From contig JACRBM010000091.1 in NCBI GenBank assembly GCA_016219275.1, positions 12,154 through 44,153 of the forward strand: a stretch of DNA of 32,000 nucleotides, in the 5' to 3' direction. The translations under genes and the position numbers were made by a program. Every line of letters starts with the position of its first letter. Positions within the stretch are counted from its first letter, which is position 1. The notes under the pieces are model-generated. The model worked only from the letters and a program-made list of their open reading frames with translations. It did not search any database and had not been told where the DNA came from. Origin of the DNA: Chloroflexota bacterium. Its GTDB lineage: Bacteria > Chloroflexota > Anaerolineae > UBA4142. Positions 1-8,498 of this stretch are shown here, in pieces.

Positions 1-181
1 CCTCGACGGACAAAGTCTTGTTCGTGCCAGCGAGCAGTTTACCGATTTCGTTGATCGCCGTGAGAAATGGTTTGCCACTGTTTCGCACATGACGCGGATT
101 ACTCGTCACGCCATCCACGTTCCACATTTCGAGCGCATACTTGACTTCATCTACTTTCGCAGAATCCAGAAAGAATTTCAT
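1..181 (-). CDS. Transaldolase / fructose-6-phosphate aldolase (TalC-type), N-terminal part only, truncated by window edge
   Basis: Manual translation of the minus strand from ATG at 181: MKFFLDSAKVDEVKYALEMWNVDGVTSNPRHVRNSGKPFLTAINEIGKLLAGTNKTLSVE. Resembles the FSA/TalC N-terminus (xLDxAxxxEV...GVTxNP). AAGGAG Shine-Dalgarno just upstream. Not in the ORF track. Confidence 0.8.
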   Translation of the reverse strand, partial: MKFFLDSAKVDEVKYALEMWNVDGVTSNPRHVRNSGKPFLTAINEIGKLLAGTNKTLSVE

Positions 182-291
182 CCCGATCTCCTTCGTTATT
201 TATTATTTTCTTTGCGTTTTTGCTTCTTTGCGTGAGGATGGTGCGGAAGTAGACAAGTGGCGCGCGAAACATTTCTCCGCGCGTCACCACA

Positions 292-1536
292 TCAGACTTC
301 CTCAGGATTCAGATAAAGATATTTCGCCAGCGCCAACGCCGCCGCACCGACCATGCCAGCTTGCCAGCCGAAGGTGGTCGCTTGCAAACGCGCTTGTTGC
401 CCCATGCCACCAAACGCCGTCGCTTGCATCGTCGCTTTGGCAATGGGTAAAATCACATCCGCTTCGTCGCTAAAAAGCCCACCCAGGAGAATCAACTCGG
501 GGTTGATCAGATTGACGAGATTCGTCAATGCGAGACCCAAATAGTTTGCGCTCGTCTCAACCAGTTGCTTGGCGAGCGGATCGCCCGCACGTGCCGCGAG
601 GTACAAACGCTTGATCGGACGGACGCTCGTTTCGGTGTGCCAGATCGTCGCGAGCTGGCTCGCGGGGTTCGCGCACACAAGGTCCCCGGCGCTTTGCGCC
701 AGGGAGGGTTCCGATACGAGCGTTTCCAGGCAACCGCGCTGACCGCAACGACACATCAGTCCGTCGCGCGGCATGACAATCGTATGCCCGATTTCGCCCG
801 CGCCTAAACCACTGCCGCGTAAAACTTGGCTATTCATCACGATGCCCGCGCCAACGCCGAAACGACCGTACACAAACACCAGCGAGCGGACACCGCGTCC
901 CGCGCCGAACATGGCTTCGCCCAATGCCATGCAGCGCACGTTGTTATCAACAACAATGGGCAATTTGAGTCGTGCATGCAACCACTCGTGGATGGGAACA
1001 TCCCGCCATCCAAAGTTCGCCGCCAGGAGATTGACGCCGGTGTGATAATCAACCAAGCCGGACGCGCCCACACCGATACCCAAAATCTTACGGCGCTTGA
1101 TCTGATGACTTGCAATCAGCGTCTCGATTTTCTCGGCGACGCATTGAATCACATCGAAAGCCGGGGTTTCGTTCGAGAAAGGTGTTTCGGTATAGTCCAC
1201 CAATTCGCCCAGCAGGTTGGCAAGCGCCACGCGAAACACACCGACGCGCATCTGCACGCCCAGCACGTAACGGGCGTCAGGCACCAAACACAATTTCGCG
1301 CGCGGTCTGCCCACCCGTCGCTCTGCCACAAACTGCTTGCTATTGCATTCACGCACGATACCCTGTTTGTACAAGTCATCAACCAGATTGGTGATGGCGG
1401 TCGCGGAGAGCGAGGTCTTTTCGGCGAGTTGGATGCGCGAGAGCGCACCCTCGGAAAGCAAACGCAGCAAGAGGGCGCGGAGGTTATGCTCTTTGACCAG
1501 ACTGACGTTACGTCCTAGAGAATTCGTTTCGGTCAT
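292..1536 (-). CDS. ROK family transcriptional regulator (NagC/XylR-like: HTH plus sugar kinase-like domain)
   Basis: N-terminal HTH (ALLLRLLSEGALSRIQLAEKTSLSATAITNLVDDLYKQGIV), ROK core (GIGVGASGLVDYHTG, CRCGQRGCLET). Confidence 0.93.
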   Translation of the reverse strand: MTETNSLGRNVSLVKEHNLRALLLRLLSEGALSRIQLAEKTSLSATAITNLVDDLYKQGIVRECNSKQFVAERRVGRPRAKLCLVPDARYVLGVQMRVGVFRVALANLLGELVDYTETPFSNETPAFDVIQCVAEKIETLIASHQIKRRKILGIGVGASGLVDYHTGVNLLAANFGWRDVPIHEWLHARLKLPIVVDNNVRCMALGEAMFGAGRGVRSLVFVYGRFGVGAGIVMNSQVLRGSGLGAGEIGHTIVMPRDGLMCRCGQRGCLETLVSEPSLAQSAGDLVCANPASQLATIWHTETSVRPIKRLYLAARAGDPLAKQLVETSANYLGLALTNLVNLINPELILLGGLFSDEADVILPIAKATMQATAFGGMGQQARLQATTFGWQAGMVGAAALALAKYLYLNPEEV

Positions 1537-1540
1537 CGGT

Positions 1541-1565
1541 AATTATTAAACCTTGTTGAATAATT
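1541..1565. promoter_or_regulatory. Candidate ROK operator 1: AATTATTAAA-CCTTG-TTGAATAATT
   Basis: Inverted repeat, 10-bp arms with one mismatch and a 5-nt spacer. Confidence 0.6.
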
Positions 1566-1584
1566 CTCGATTCTATTGTATAAT
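1556..1584 (+). promoter_or_regulatory. Candidate promoter TTGAAT-17 nt-TATAAT driving the isomerase operon
   Basis: -35 TTGAAT at 1556-1561, -10 TATAAT at 1579-1584. The -35 lies inside operator 1. Confidence 0.65.
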
Positions 1585-1604
1585 AGAATTGTCCGCCTGT
1601 CAAT
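1577..1604 (-). promoter_or_regulatory. Candidate divergent promoter TTGACA-16 nt-TATACA for the ROK gene
   Basis: Reverse complement of TGTCAA (1599-1604) and TGTATA (1577-1582). Confidence 0.5.
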
Positions 1605-1613
1605 ACCGGCTTT

Positions 1614-1638
1614 AATTATTCAAACTCCTTGAATAATT
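1614..1638. promoter_or_regulatory. Candidate ROK operator 2: AATTATTCAA-ACTCC-TTGAATAATT
   Basis: Perfect 10-bp inverted repeat with 5-nt spacer, same architecture as the site at 1541-1565. Confidence 0.7.
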
Positions 1639-1686
1639 GGCGGTTTACAGACGATGCCATAAACATTTTTAGAGGAGGCGTTAACC

Positions 1687-3054
1687 TTGACCCACTTTCC
1701 CACTTTGCGACTTGGCTTGGCTTGCATTGCGCGCAGTCGGTTTGATTATCAAGCGGCGCGCGACATTTACCATCGCTCCGTTGCGGCGTTGAAACAGTTT
1801 CCAAATGTTGACGTCATTGCGCCCGACGATTTGATTTTGGATAACCCCGACGATCCAACTCCCGGCTTGATCCCGCAAGCGATCAACTTTTTCCAGCAGG
1901 CACAGATCGACGCGCTCATTATTCAAAATGGTACGTTCACGATGGGCGACTTGTCGTTGGAATTAGCGGATCGTTTCAGTGTGCCGCTCATCCTATGGTC
2001 GCCGCTGGAGCCGGATTGGACGAGCGGACGTTTGCGTTTGAACTCGCTCGTTGGGCTGAATGTCAATTCCAGTCATTTCTTCAAGATCGGTCGTCCCTTT
2101 CGTTACCTCGTTGCGAATCCGGGCGATCAAGTGTTTCAAGAAGAGATGGGACGATTTGTACGCGTGCTCGGTCTCGTGCGTGGATTGCGCCGCACCAAGA
2201 TTGCGATGCTGGGCACGCGCGCGCAAGGGTTCTTCGATCTCGCCTTCAACGAGATGGAACTGCGCGCGAAACTCGGCGTCGAAGTCGTTGCAGTCGGCTT
2301 GGGTGATGTGTTCAGCATCGCGCGCGATCTGCCGGCGAAACAAGTGAACGAAACCAAAGTGCGTGTGCGCGAAATGCTCGACGACATGTCCGAGGTTTCG
2401 CCGGAGAAAGAAGACTTGCAAGCGCGCGCGTATCTCGCGATGCGTCAGGTCGCCGAGCAGACGAACGCGAGTGCGCTCGCGGTCAAGTGCTGGCCCGAAT
2501 TTCCATTCGATTATGGCGTCGCCGCGTGTTCTTCCGTCGCGCTGATGAACGACGACATGATTCCCGGCGGCTGCGAAGGCGACCTCGAAGGCGCGCTCAC
2601 GTCATTGATCGTTCAACGACTGGCGAATAGCATTCCATTCTTGTCCGATGTCTCCGCGATCGATCGCGACAAAAACGCACTGTTGCTGTGGCACAATGGC
2701 TGCGCGGCATTGCGACTCGCGGCAACGCGCAAACATCTCTTCACCCACTTTCAGATGAATCGCGGCTTGACGGTTGGTTTTGGTCTGCAACCGGGTCGCG
2801 TGACGCTCACGCGTTTGGGCAATGATGGCAAGCATCTACGTCTCTTCACCACAACCGGCGAAGCACTGCCAACGGAGATGTTCATTCGCGGCACACTCAG
2901 TTGGGTCAAGACAGATGCGCCAGTGAAACGTGTTCTAGACGAATTCATTTACGGTGGCTGGGAACATCACCTCGCGATGTCATACGCCGACCTTGTCGCC
3001 GATCTCGAAGAATTTGCCGCGATCACCGGCATCCCGCTGACGAAAGTTGTCTAA
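1687..3054 (+). CDS. L-fucose/L-arabinose isomerase family protein
   Basis: 455 aa ORF from TTG start with GAGGAGG upstream; overall character of the fucose/arabinose isomerase N- and C-terminal fold (ALIIQNGTFTMGD, GLGDVFSI, GCEGDLEGALTSLI). Confidence 0.75.
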   Translation: MTHFPTLRLGLACIARSRFDYQAARDIYHRSVAALKQFPNVDVIAPDDLILDNPDDPTPGLIPQAINFFQQAQIDALIIQNGTFTMGDLSLELADRFSVPLILWSPLEPDWTSGRLRLNSLVGLNVNSSHFFKIGRPFRYLVANPGDQVFQEEMGRFVRVLGLVRGLRRTKIAMLGTRAQGFFDLAFNEMELRAKLGVEVVAVGLGDVFSIARDLPAKQVNETKVRVREMLDDMSEVSPEKEDLQARAYLAMRQVAEQTNASALAVKCWPEFPFDYGVAACSSVALMNDDMIPGGCEGDLEGALTSLIVQRLANSIPFLSDVSAIDRDKNALLLWHNGCAALRLAATRKHLFTHFQMNRGLTVGFGLQPGRVTLTRLGNDGKHLRLFTTTGEALPTEMFIRGTLSWVKTDAPVKRVLDEFIYGGWEHHLAMSYADLVADLEEFAAITGIPLTKVV

Positions 3055-3088
3055 CGAGGGTGGCATTGCCTTTCAAAAGGAGGAAACC

Positions 3089-4018
3089 ATGAAAAAAATT
3101 TTTGTGAACCTGAAACGCTTTGACGTGCCGCGTAAACTCGGCGGCGTGTGCCCAATGGACGATCCGATTGCGTGGATCGAATCGGTCATCACCCAGTCGG
3201 TTGAACTGGGATTGGGCATGCACGAAAATCTCGCGTTGACTTTTCTTTTGCCCGAAGGACTCGTGCCGAGCGCCGCGCGTTGCCTCGCCAAGTTTCCGGT
3301 GGAACGACGCAAGATGTTAGCGGTTGGTGTGCAAGGTGTACACTGGGACGATGTTCGCCCCGGCAAAAATTTTGGCGCGTTCACGACGAGTGTGCCCGCT
3401 ATCGCCGCGGCAAACCTGGGGAGCCAGTGGGCGATTATCGGACACTCGGAAGAACGCCGCGCGAAATCGCAAATCCTCGGCGCATACGATGGCTCGATTG
3501 CCACAAACACCGAGGCGCGTGTGCGTGCCATGTCAACGGTTGACCAACTCGTTCATGACCAAGTGCAATGCGCGTTGAATGCCGGTTTGAGCGTACTCAT
3601 GTGCGTGGGCGAATCGGCGGAGGAGCGCGGTGACGGAACGTTTGAAGAACAGCAACCGCGCATCGAACGTGTTTTGCAGTCGCAAGTGGTGAATGACTTG
3701 AAGGGTGCTGAGCAGTTCATTCGCAATGGAAAAATCGTCATCGGTTACGAACCGATTTGGGCGATTGGTCCCGGCAAGGTGCCGCCGGGCAAGGAGTACA
3801 TCGCGTTCGTCTCGGCGTTCATTCAACGCGTGGCTCTCGAAAACCTGGGCGCAAAGATTCCGGTGGTCTACGGCGGTGGATTGAAAGAAGAAAATGCGGC
3901 GCTGATTGCAAGCATTGCGACGATTGACGGCGGCTTGGTCGCGCTGACGCAATTCACCGGCGAGATCGGTTTCAACGTCGCGCAGTTGAACGCGATTGTC
4001 GCCAAGTATCTCGCGTGA
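3089..4018 (+). CDS. Triose-phosphate isomerase family protein (diverged paralog)
   Basis: ATG at 3089 preceded by AAAGGAGGAAA, preferred to the ORF-track start at 3047. Motifs NLK, IIGHSEERR, GYEPIWAIGPGKVP match the TIM catalytic residues. Confidence 0.85.
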   Translation: MKKIFVNLKRFDVPRKLGGVCPMDDPIAWIESVITQSVELGLGMHENLALTFLLPEGLVPSAARCLAKFPVERRKMLAVGVQGVHWDDVRPGKNFGAFTTSVPAIAAANLGSQWAIIGHSEERRAKSQILGAYDGSIATNTEARVRAMSTVDQLVHDQVQCALNAGLSVLMCVGESAEERGDGTFEEQQPRIERVLQSQVVNDLKGAEQFIRNGKIVIGYEPIWAIGPGKVPPGKEYIAFVSAFIQRVALENLGAKIPVVYGGGLKEENAALIASIATIDGGLVALTQFTGEIGFNVAQLNAIVAKYLA

Positions 4019-4026
4019 AAATGTTT

Positions 4027-4127
4027 GGGACGCGGACAAACGCAGACAAACGCAGATTTTATTATTTTAATCCGCGTTCATCCGCGTTCACACTTGCACC
4101 GCACGCAAGTGCAGGTGTCCGCGTCCC
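4027..4127. repeat. Nested inverted-repeat spacer element
   Basis: Outer arms GGGACGCGGACA (4027-4038) and TGTCCGCGTCCC (4116-4127) are exact complements; inner arms CACTTGC (4091-4097) / GCAAGTG (4105-4111); opposed CGCGGAT-type units in between. Confidence 0.75.
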
Positions 4128-4145
4128 ATTTCCAAGGGAGACACA

Positions 4146-5594
4146 ATGAAAACCGTGCAATTTGAATACGGCGAAGGAACACTCGCGGTGCAACTACCGG
4201 ACTCGGCGGATATTTTCGTTCCGGGCGAAACGGTCGCCGACCCGCCGTACTTGCCAGACGTGGAAGCCGCGACACGCGAATCGGTGCTTCATCCGATTGG
4301 AATGCCGCCGCTCGCGCACCTCGCGAAACCTGGGTCGAAAGTAACCATCAGTTTTCCAGATAAAGTGAAAGGCGGCTTTCAAGCGAACTCGCATCGCAAG
4401 ACCGCGATTCCAATCATCGTCACCGAGTTGCTCAAAGCGGGGGTGAACAAGCGCGACATCAAACTCATTTGCTCGAACGGCTTGCATCGCAAAAACACCG
4501 ACGAAGAAATTCGCTCGTTGATCGGCGACCCGCTCTATCGCGAATTTATGCCAACGCATCAAATCGTCAACCACGATTCCGAAGACTGGGACAATCTCGT
4601 TGACCTGGGTTACGACGAACTAGGCGACCGTGTCATCATGAATCGTGAGGTGTTTGAATCGGATGTGCCGATTCTGATTGGGCACGTGGTTGGCAATCCG
4701 TACGCCGGTTATTCGGGTGGCTACAAAATGATCGCCACGGGATTGACGCACTGGAAATGTATTGCGGCACATCACATTCCCGCCGTCATGCACGGTCCCG
4801 ATTTTACACCGGTCTCAGCACACAGCATGATGCGCCAAAAGATGAATGCGATCGGCATGCACATGGAAAACAAGATGGGCAAAAAGTTTTTCATGTGCGA
4901 TGCGGTGCTCGACACCAACGCGCGCCAAATCGCGATTTTCTCCGGCTATGGTGCCGAGATTCAACCTTTGTCGTGGAAGGCAGCGAACCAGCGCACGTTC
5001 GTTCCGTTCGCGCAAGAAAAATACGATGTGATGATGTTTGGGATGCCGCAGAATTTTCACTACGGCAATGGGCACGGGACGAATCCGATTCTGATGATGC
5101 AGGCGATTGCCGCGCAAATCATTCGGCACAAGCGCGTGCTCAAGGATAACGGCGTCATCATTTGCAGTTCGATCTGCAACGGCTATTTCCACGACGAAGA
5201 GTTTCCATCGTACCGCGAACTGTACGAGTTGTTCCAAAACGATTATCACAACATCCTGCCCGATCTCGACAAGTACGGCGAGTACTTTTGCTCCAAGACC
5301 GAGTACGTGAACAAGTATCGCTATAACTATGGTTATCATCCGTATCACGCCTTCTCGATGATTTCGTGCGGGCACATTGCGGAGATGCACACAGCCGCAG
5401 TGTACATCGTTGGCGCGTATGCGCCGGGGTATGCGCGCGCGATGGGGATGAAGACGCGCGCAACGTTTGCGGAGGCGTTAAAGGATGCCGAACGATACAC
5501 GGGACCGAATCCGAAAATCCTCGCGTTGCCGCGCACGTTTCGCACGGGCGCCGTGCATTTGATGATGCGCGACGAACAGGTTCCAGAGATATGA
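4146..5594 (+). CDS. LarA-like (lactate racemase N-terminal domain, DUF2088-type) protein
   Basis: Motifs CSNGLHRKNTDEEI and VVGNPYAGYSGGYKMIATG resemble LarA THR...T/EEE and FAGFSGGxK motifs. Confidence 0.75.
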   Translation: MKTVQFEYGEGTLAVQLPDSADIFVPGETVADPPYLPDVEAATRESVLHPIGMPPLAHLAKPGSKVTISFPDKVKGGFQANSHRKTAIPIIVTELLKAGVNKRDIKLICSNGLHRKNTDEEIRSLIGDPLYREFMPTHQIVNHDSEDWDNLVDLGYDELGDRVIMNREVFESDVPILIGHVVGNPYAGYSGGYKMIATGLTHWKCIAAHHIPAVMHGPDFTPVSAHSMMRQKMNAIGMHMENKMGKKFFMCDAVLDTNARQIAIFSGYGAEIQPLSWKAANQRTFVPFAQEKYDVMMFGMPQNFHYGNGHGTNPILMMQAIAAQIIRHKRVLKDNGVIICSSICNGYFHDEEFPSYRELYELFQNDYHNILPDLDKYGEYFCSKTEYVNKYRYNYGYHPYHAFSMISCGHIAEMHTAAVYIVGAYAPGYARAMGMKTRATFAEALKDAERYTGPNPKILALPRTFRTGAVHLMMRDEQVPEI

Positions 5595-5647
5595 TCTGCT
5601 ACGCCGAATTATTTGGCGAGGCGAAAATTTTAATCTGGCAACGATGG

Positions 5648-6310
5648 TACACCTATCTTTATTCTGAGTGTAACGCTCCTGGTCGCGTTCATTCTTTTGT
5701 TGAGCAACAATCTTTCAACCGATGTGATTGCCTTGTGCGTGGCGTTGATCCTGGGCTTGTCCGGGGTCTTGACCACCACAGAAATGTTTGCCGGCTTTAG
5801 CGGCTCCGCCGTCATCACCATCCTCGGCGCGTTTATCATGACATATGCCCTCGCCGCCACCGGCGTCACTCGCAAAATGATCAAGCTCTTGACCATGTCG
5901 GTTCCCGTGGTGAAAAACACTTGGTGTGGTTCGTGATGCTACTGAGTGCCGGGCTGTCGCTCATCAAGAACAAAATCGTTGCCGCCGCCGTACTGCTTCC
6001 AGCCGCAACCGACCGGATTTCATTGTGTTGGATATGCCACCCGCATCGGAACGCCCAGTACGTGGGAATCGGGCTGGGTTAGCCATGGTGATTACGGTCA
6101 TTGCCTTGACCCTGTCGGCGTTCGATGTTTTGCCGGTAGCGGAAGCGATGTTGATCGGTGCGATAGCGATGGAGCTGACGGGTTGTCTCAAAATAGAAGA
6201 AGCGTATCGTGTCGTGGATTGACGCGCGATTTTTCTCATCATGGGGATGTCGTCAGTGAGCACCGCGATGATCAAGACCGGCGCTTTTCCTGCAACCGAA
6301 TTCCCCGCTG
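5648..6310 (+). pseudogene. Decayed SLC13/DASS-type permease remnant
   Basis: Homologous-looking pieces in different frames: FILSVTLLVAFILLLSNNLSTDVIALCVALILGLSGVLTTTEMFAGFSGSAVITILGAF; LSLIKNKIVAAAVLLPAATD; LAMVITVIALTLSAFDVLPVAEAMLIGAIAMELTGCLKIEEAYRVVD; IFLIMGMSSVSTAMIKTGA. Confidence 0.7.
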
Positions 6311-6319
6311 ACAGATGAA

Positions 6320-6790
6320 CACACTGATCCGTTAGATCCTCCGTGGCAACGAGCGAACAACCAACGCGGACGCGAGACATACGCTAATGATCGTCCGCCG
6401 ATTGTCGGAACGATTGGGCGTGAAAGCGGTCAAGTTCGTTTGCGAGTTGTACTGAACACGACGGGTGAAACCCTGGAAACTCCTGTGCATCAGTTCACCT
6501 GTGTCGAAGCCATGGTCTACACGGATGAATCGAACGGTTACAATCACATCATTCGCCTCCATGCCACCGTCGAACATGGCATTCATGAATACGCCCGCGA
6601 CGATGACAGCGATGGAATTCGCGAAGCGCATTGCAACAACCTCGGAAGGGATGTGGACGGATGTCCGCAATTTTCTGCGCCCGTTCAAAGGCGTTCACAA
6701 GAAATATCTTGCCGAGTATGTGGCGATCTGCGAATTTCGACGAAATTTGAAACGCGTGTCGCCAGCATTTATTTCATCTCTTGTCACCTT
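6320..6790 (+). pseudogene. Degraded IS1595/ISXO2-type transposase, C-terminal remnant
   Basis: RRPPIVGTIGRESGQVRLRVV... TCVEAMVYTDESNGYNHIIRLHATVEHGIHEYARDDDSDGIRE, then frameshift to TTSEGMWTDVRNFLRPFKGVHKKYLAEYVAICEFRRNLKRVSPAFI, characteristic of these transposase C-termini. Confidence 0.7.
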
Positions 6791-6853
6791 TCCCACTTTT
6801 TGCATCTTGGCGAAACGACTTTGCACCAGCCGTGGATTGTTTGACACGCGATA

Positions 6854-6882
6854 TTGACAAAAAGCTGAAATAATTGTATTAT
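6854..6882 (+). promoter_or_regulatory. Candidate promoter TTGACA-17 nt-TATTAT upstream of the GH4 gene
   Basis: TTGACA at 6854-6859, TATTAT at 6877-6882, in an AT-rich island. Confidence 0.7.
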
Positions 6883-6887
6883 GTTAG

Positions 6888-6901
6888 TGTCATCGTTTAC
6901 A
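6888..6901. promoter_or_regulatory. LacI-family-type operator TGTCATCGTTTACA
   Basis: Pseudo-palindrome TGTnAnCGnTnACA with central CG, just downstream of the -10 at 6877-6882. Confidence 0.65.
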
Positions 6902-6973
6902 TGTTTAATATAAATTTTAATCACATATTATACATAAATAGATCTATTTACGCGCAAATTCACTTATCAAAAA

Positions 6974-6987
6974 TGTAAACGATAACA
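6974..6987. promoter_or_regulatory. LacI-family-type operator TGTAAACGATAACA
   Basis: Second match to the same pattern, opposite orientation to 6888-6901. Confidence 0.6.
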
Positions 6988-7087
6988 TTAAAGTGCATTT
7001 ATTGCGGATTTTATTGGATTCAAGACCAGAGCCATTGAGTTGCAAAAATTCGTGGACGCATTACCGAATTTCAAGGAGTCGCGTAGA

Positions 7088-8473
7088 GTGCCAAAAATCA
7101 CCTTCATGGGCGCAGGCAGTTCTGTATTTGCCAAAAATATTCTGGGCGATTGTCTGCTAACCGATGCTCTTCACGATGCCCACATCGCACTCTATGATAT
7201 CGACGCGGATCGCCTGAACGATTCGCGTCTGATGCTCGAAGTGTTGAATCGCAACATCAACGCAGAGCGCGCGACGATCACAACGCACCTGGGTGTCGAG
7301 CAACGACGCGATGCGCTCATTGGCGCCGATTACGTCGTCAACGCAATTCAAGTCGGCGGATATGAACCGGCGACCGTGATTGATTTTGAGATTCCGAAAA
7401 AGTACGGTCTGCGTCAAACGATCGGCGACACCCTGGGCATTGGCGGAATTTTCCGCGCGCTCCGCACGATCCCAGTCATGTTCGATTTTGCGCGCGATAT
7501 GGAAGTCGTGTGTCCGGACGCGTGGTTCCTCAACTACGTCAACCCGATGGCGATGATCACGCTGGCAATGTTGCGCGCGACCGACATTCACACCGTCGGT
7601 CTGTGCCACTCCGTCCAAGTGTGTGCGCGCCGATTATTGCGCCGGGTCGGCATCGAAAATGATGTGCGCGAGTTGAAATGGAAGATCGCCGGTATCAATC
7701 ATCAAGCCTGGTTGCTCGAAATCACAGATGGCGGACGCGATTTGTATCCCGAAATTAAACAGCGTGCCGAAGCAATGAATCGCGCGGCACGACAATCAGA
7801 TGCACCCAAGCATGATGACATGGTGCGCTTTGAGATCATGCGCCACTTTGGTTTCTACAACACGGAATCGTCGGAACACACGGCGGAGTATTCTCCGTAC
7901 TGGATCAAGTCCACGCACCCGGAGTTGATCGACGCGTTTAACATTCCGCTCGACGAATATCCGCGCCGTTGCGTTCATCAAATCGAAGAATGGGCAAAGC
8001 GAAGTCATGAACTTGTTGCGAATCCACAATTGTCTCATCAGCGCAGCGACGAGTATGGCTCGTACATCATGGAAGCAATGGAGACCGACGAGCCGTGTCG
8101 TATCGGCGGCAATGTTATGAATACCGGACTGATTACGAATCTTCCGTCGAACGCAGTTGTCGAAGTGCCATGCTTGGTCGATCGCAATGGCGTGCAAGGT
8201 TGTTACATCGGCGATTTGCCGGAACAACTTGCCGCGCTCAATCGCACGAACATCAACGTGCAACTGCTCACCGTCGAAGCCGCGCTGACGCACGATCGCG
8301 AGAAAGTGTACCAAGCCGCAATGCTCGACCCGCACACATCGGCAGAACTCACACTCGATCAAATTCGCGCGTTGTGTGATGACTTGTTCGCGGCGCATGG
8401 AATGGAACTGACTTTCCGGCAATGCGGAAATTTGGACGCGGACAAACGCGGACAAACGCGGATGAAGAAATAG
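7088..8473 (+). CDS. Glycoside hydrolase family 4 (alpha-galactosidase/alpha-glucosidase-like)
   Basis: NAD motif ITFMGAGSSVFAKNILGD, LNYVNPMAM, TVGLCHSVQ, AGINHQAWLLEI. GTG at 7088 has AAGGAG 9 nt upstream and is preferred over the TTG at 7040. Confidence 0.9.
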   Translation: MPKITFMGAGSSVFAKNILGDCLLTDALHDAHIALYDIDADRLNDSRLMLEVLNRNINAERATITTHLGVEQRRDALIGADYVVNAIQVGGYEPATVIDFEIPKKYGLRQTIGDTLGIGGIFRALRTIPVMFDFARDMEVVCPDAWFLNYVNPMAMITLAMLRATDIHTVGLCHSVQVCARRLLRRVGIENDVRELKWKIAGINHQAWLLEITDGGRDLYPEIKQRAEAMNRAARQSDAPKHDDMVRFEIMRHFGFYNTESSEHTAEYSPYWIKSTHPELIDAFNIPLDEYPRRCVHQIEEWAKRSHELVANPQLSHQRSDEYGSYIMEAMETDEPCRIGGNVMNTGLITNLPSNAVVEVPCLVDRNGVQGCYIGDLPEQLAALNRTNINVQLLTVEAALTHDREKVYQAAMLDPHTSAELTLDQIRALCDDLFAAHGMELTFRQCGNLDADKRGQTRMKK

Positions 8474-8498
8474 TCGCACATTTGAAAGAGCGATAAAA

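Noticed and set aside
141-473. 110-aa + strand ORF
   Set aside because: Overlaps the TalC-type start and the 3' end of the ROK gene; translation shows no domain character.
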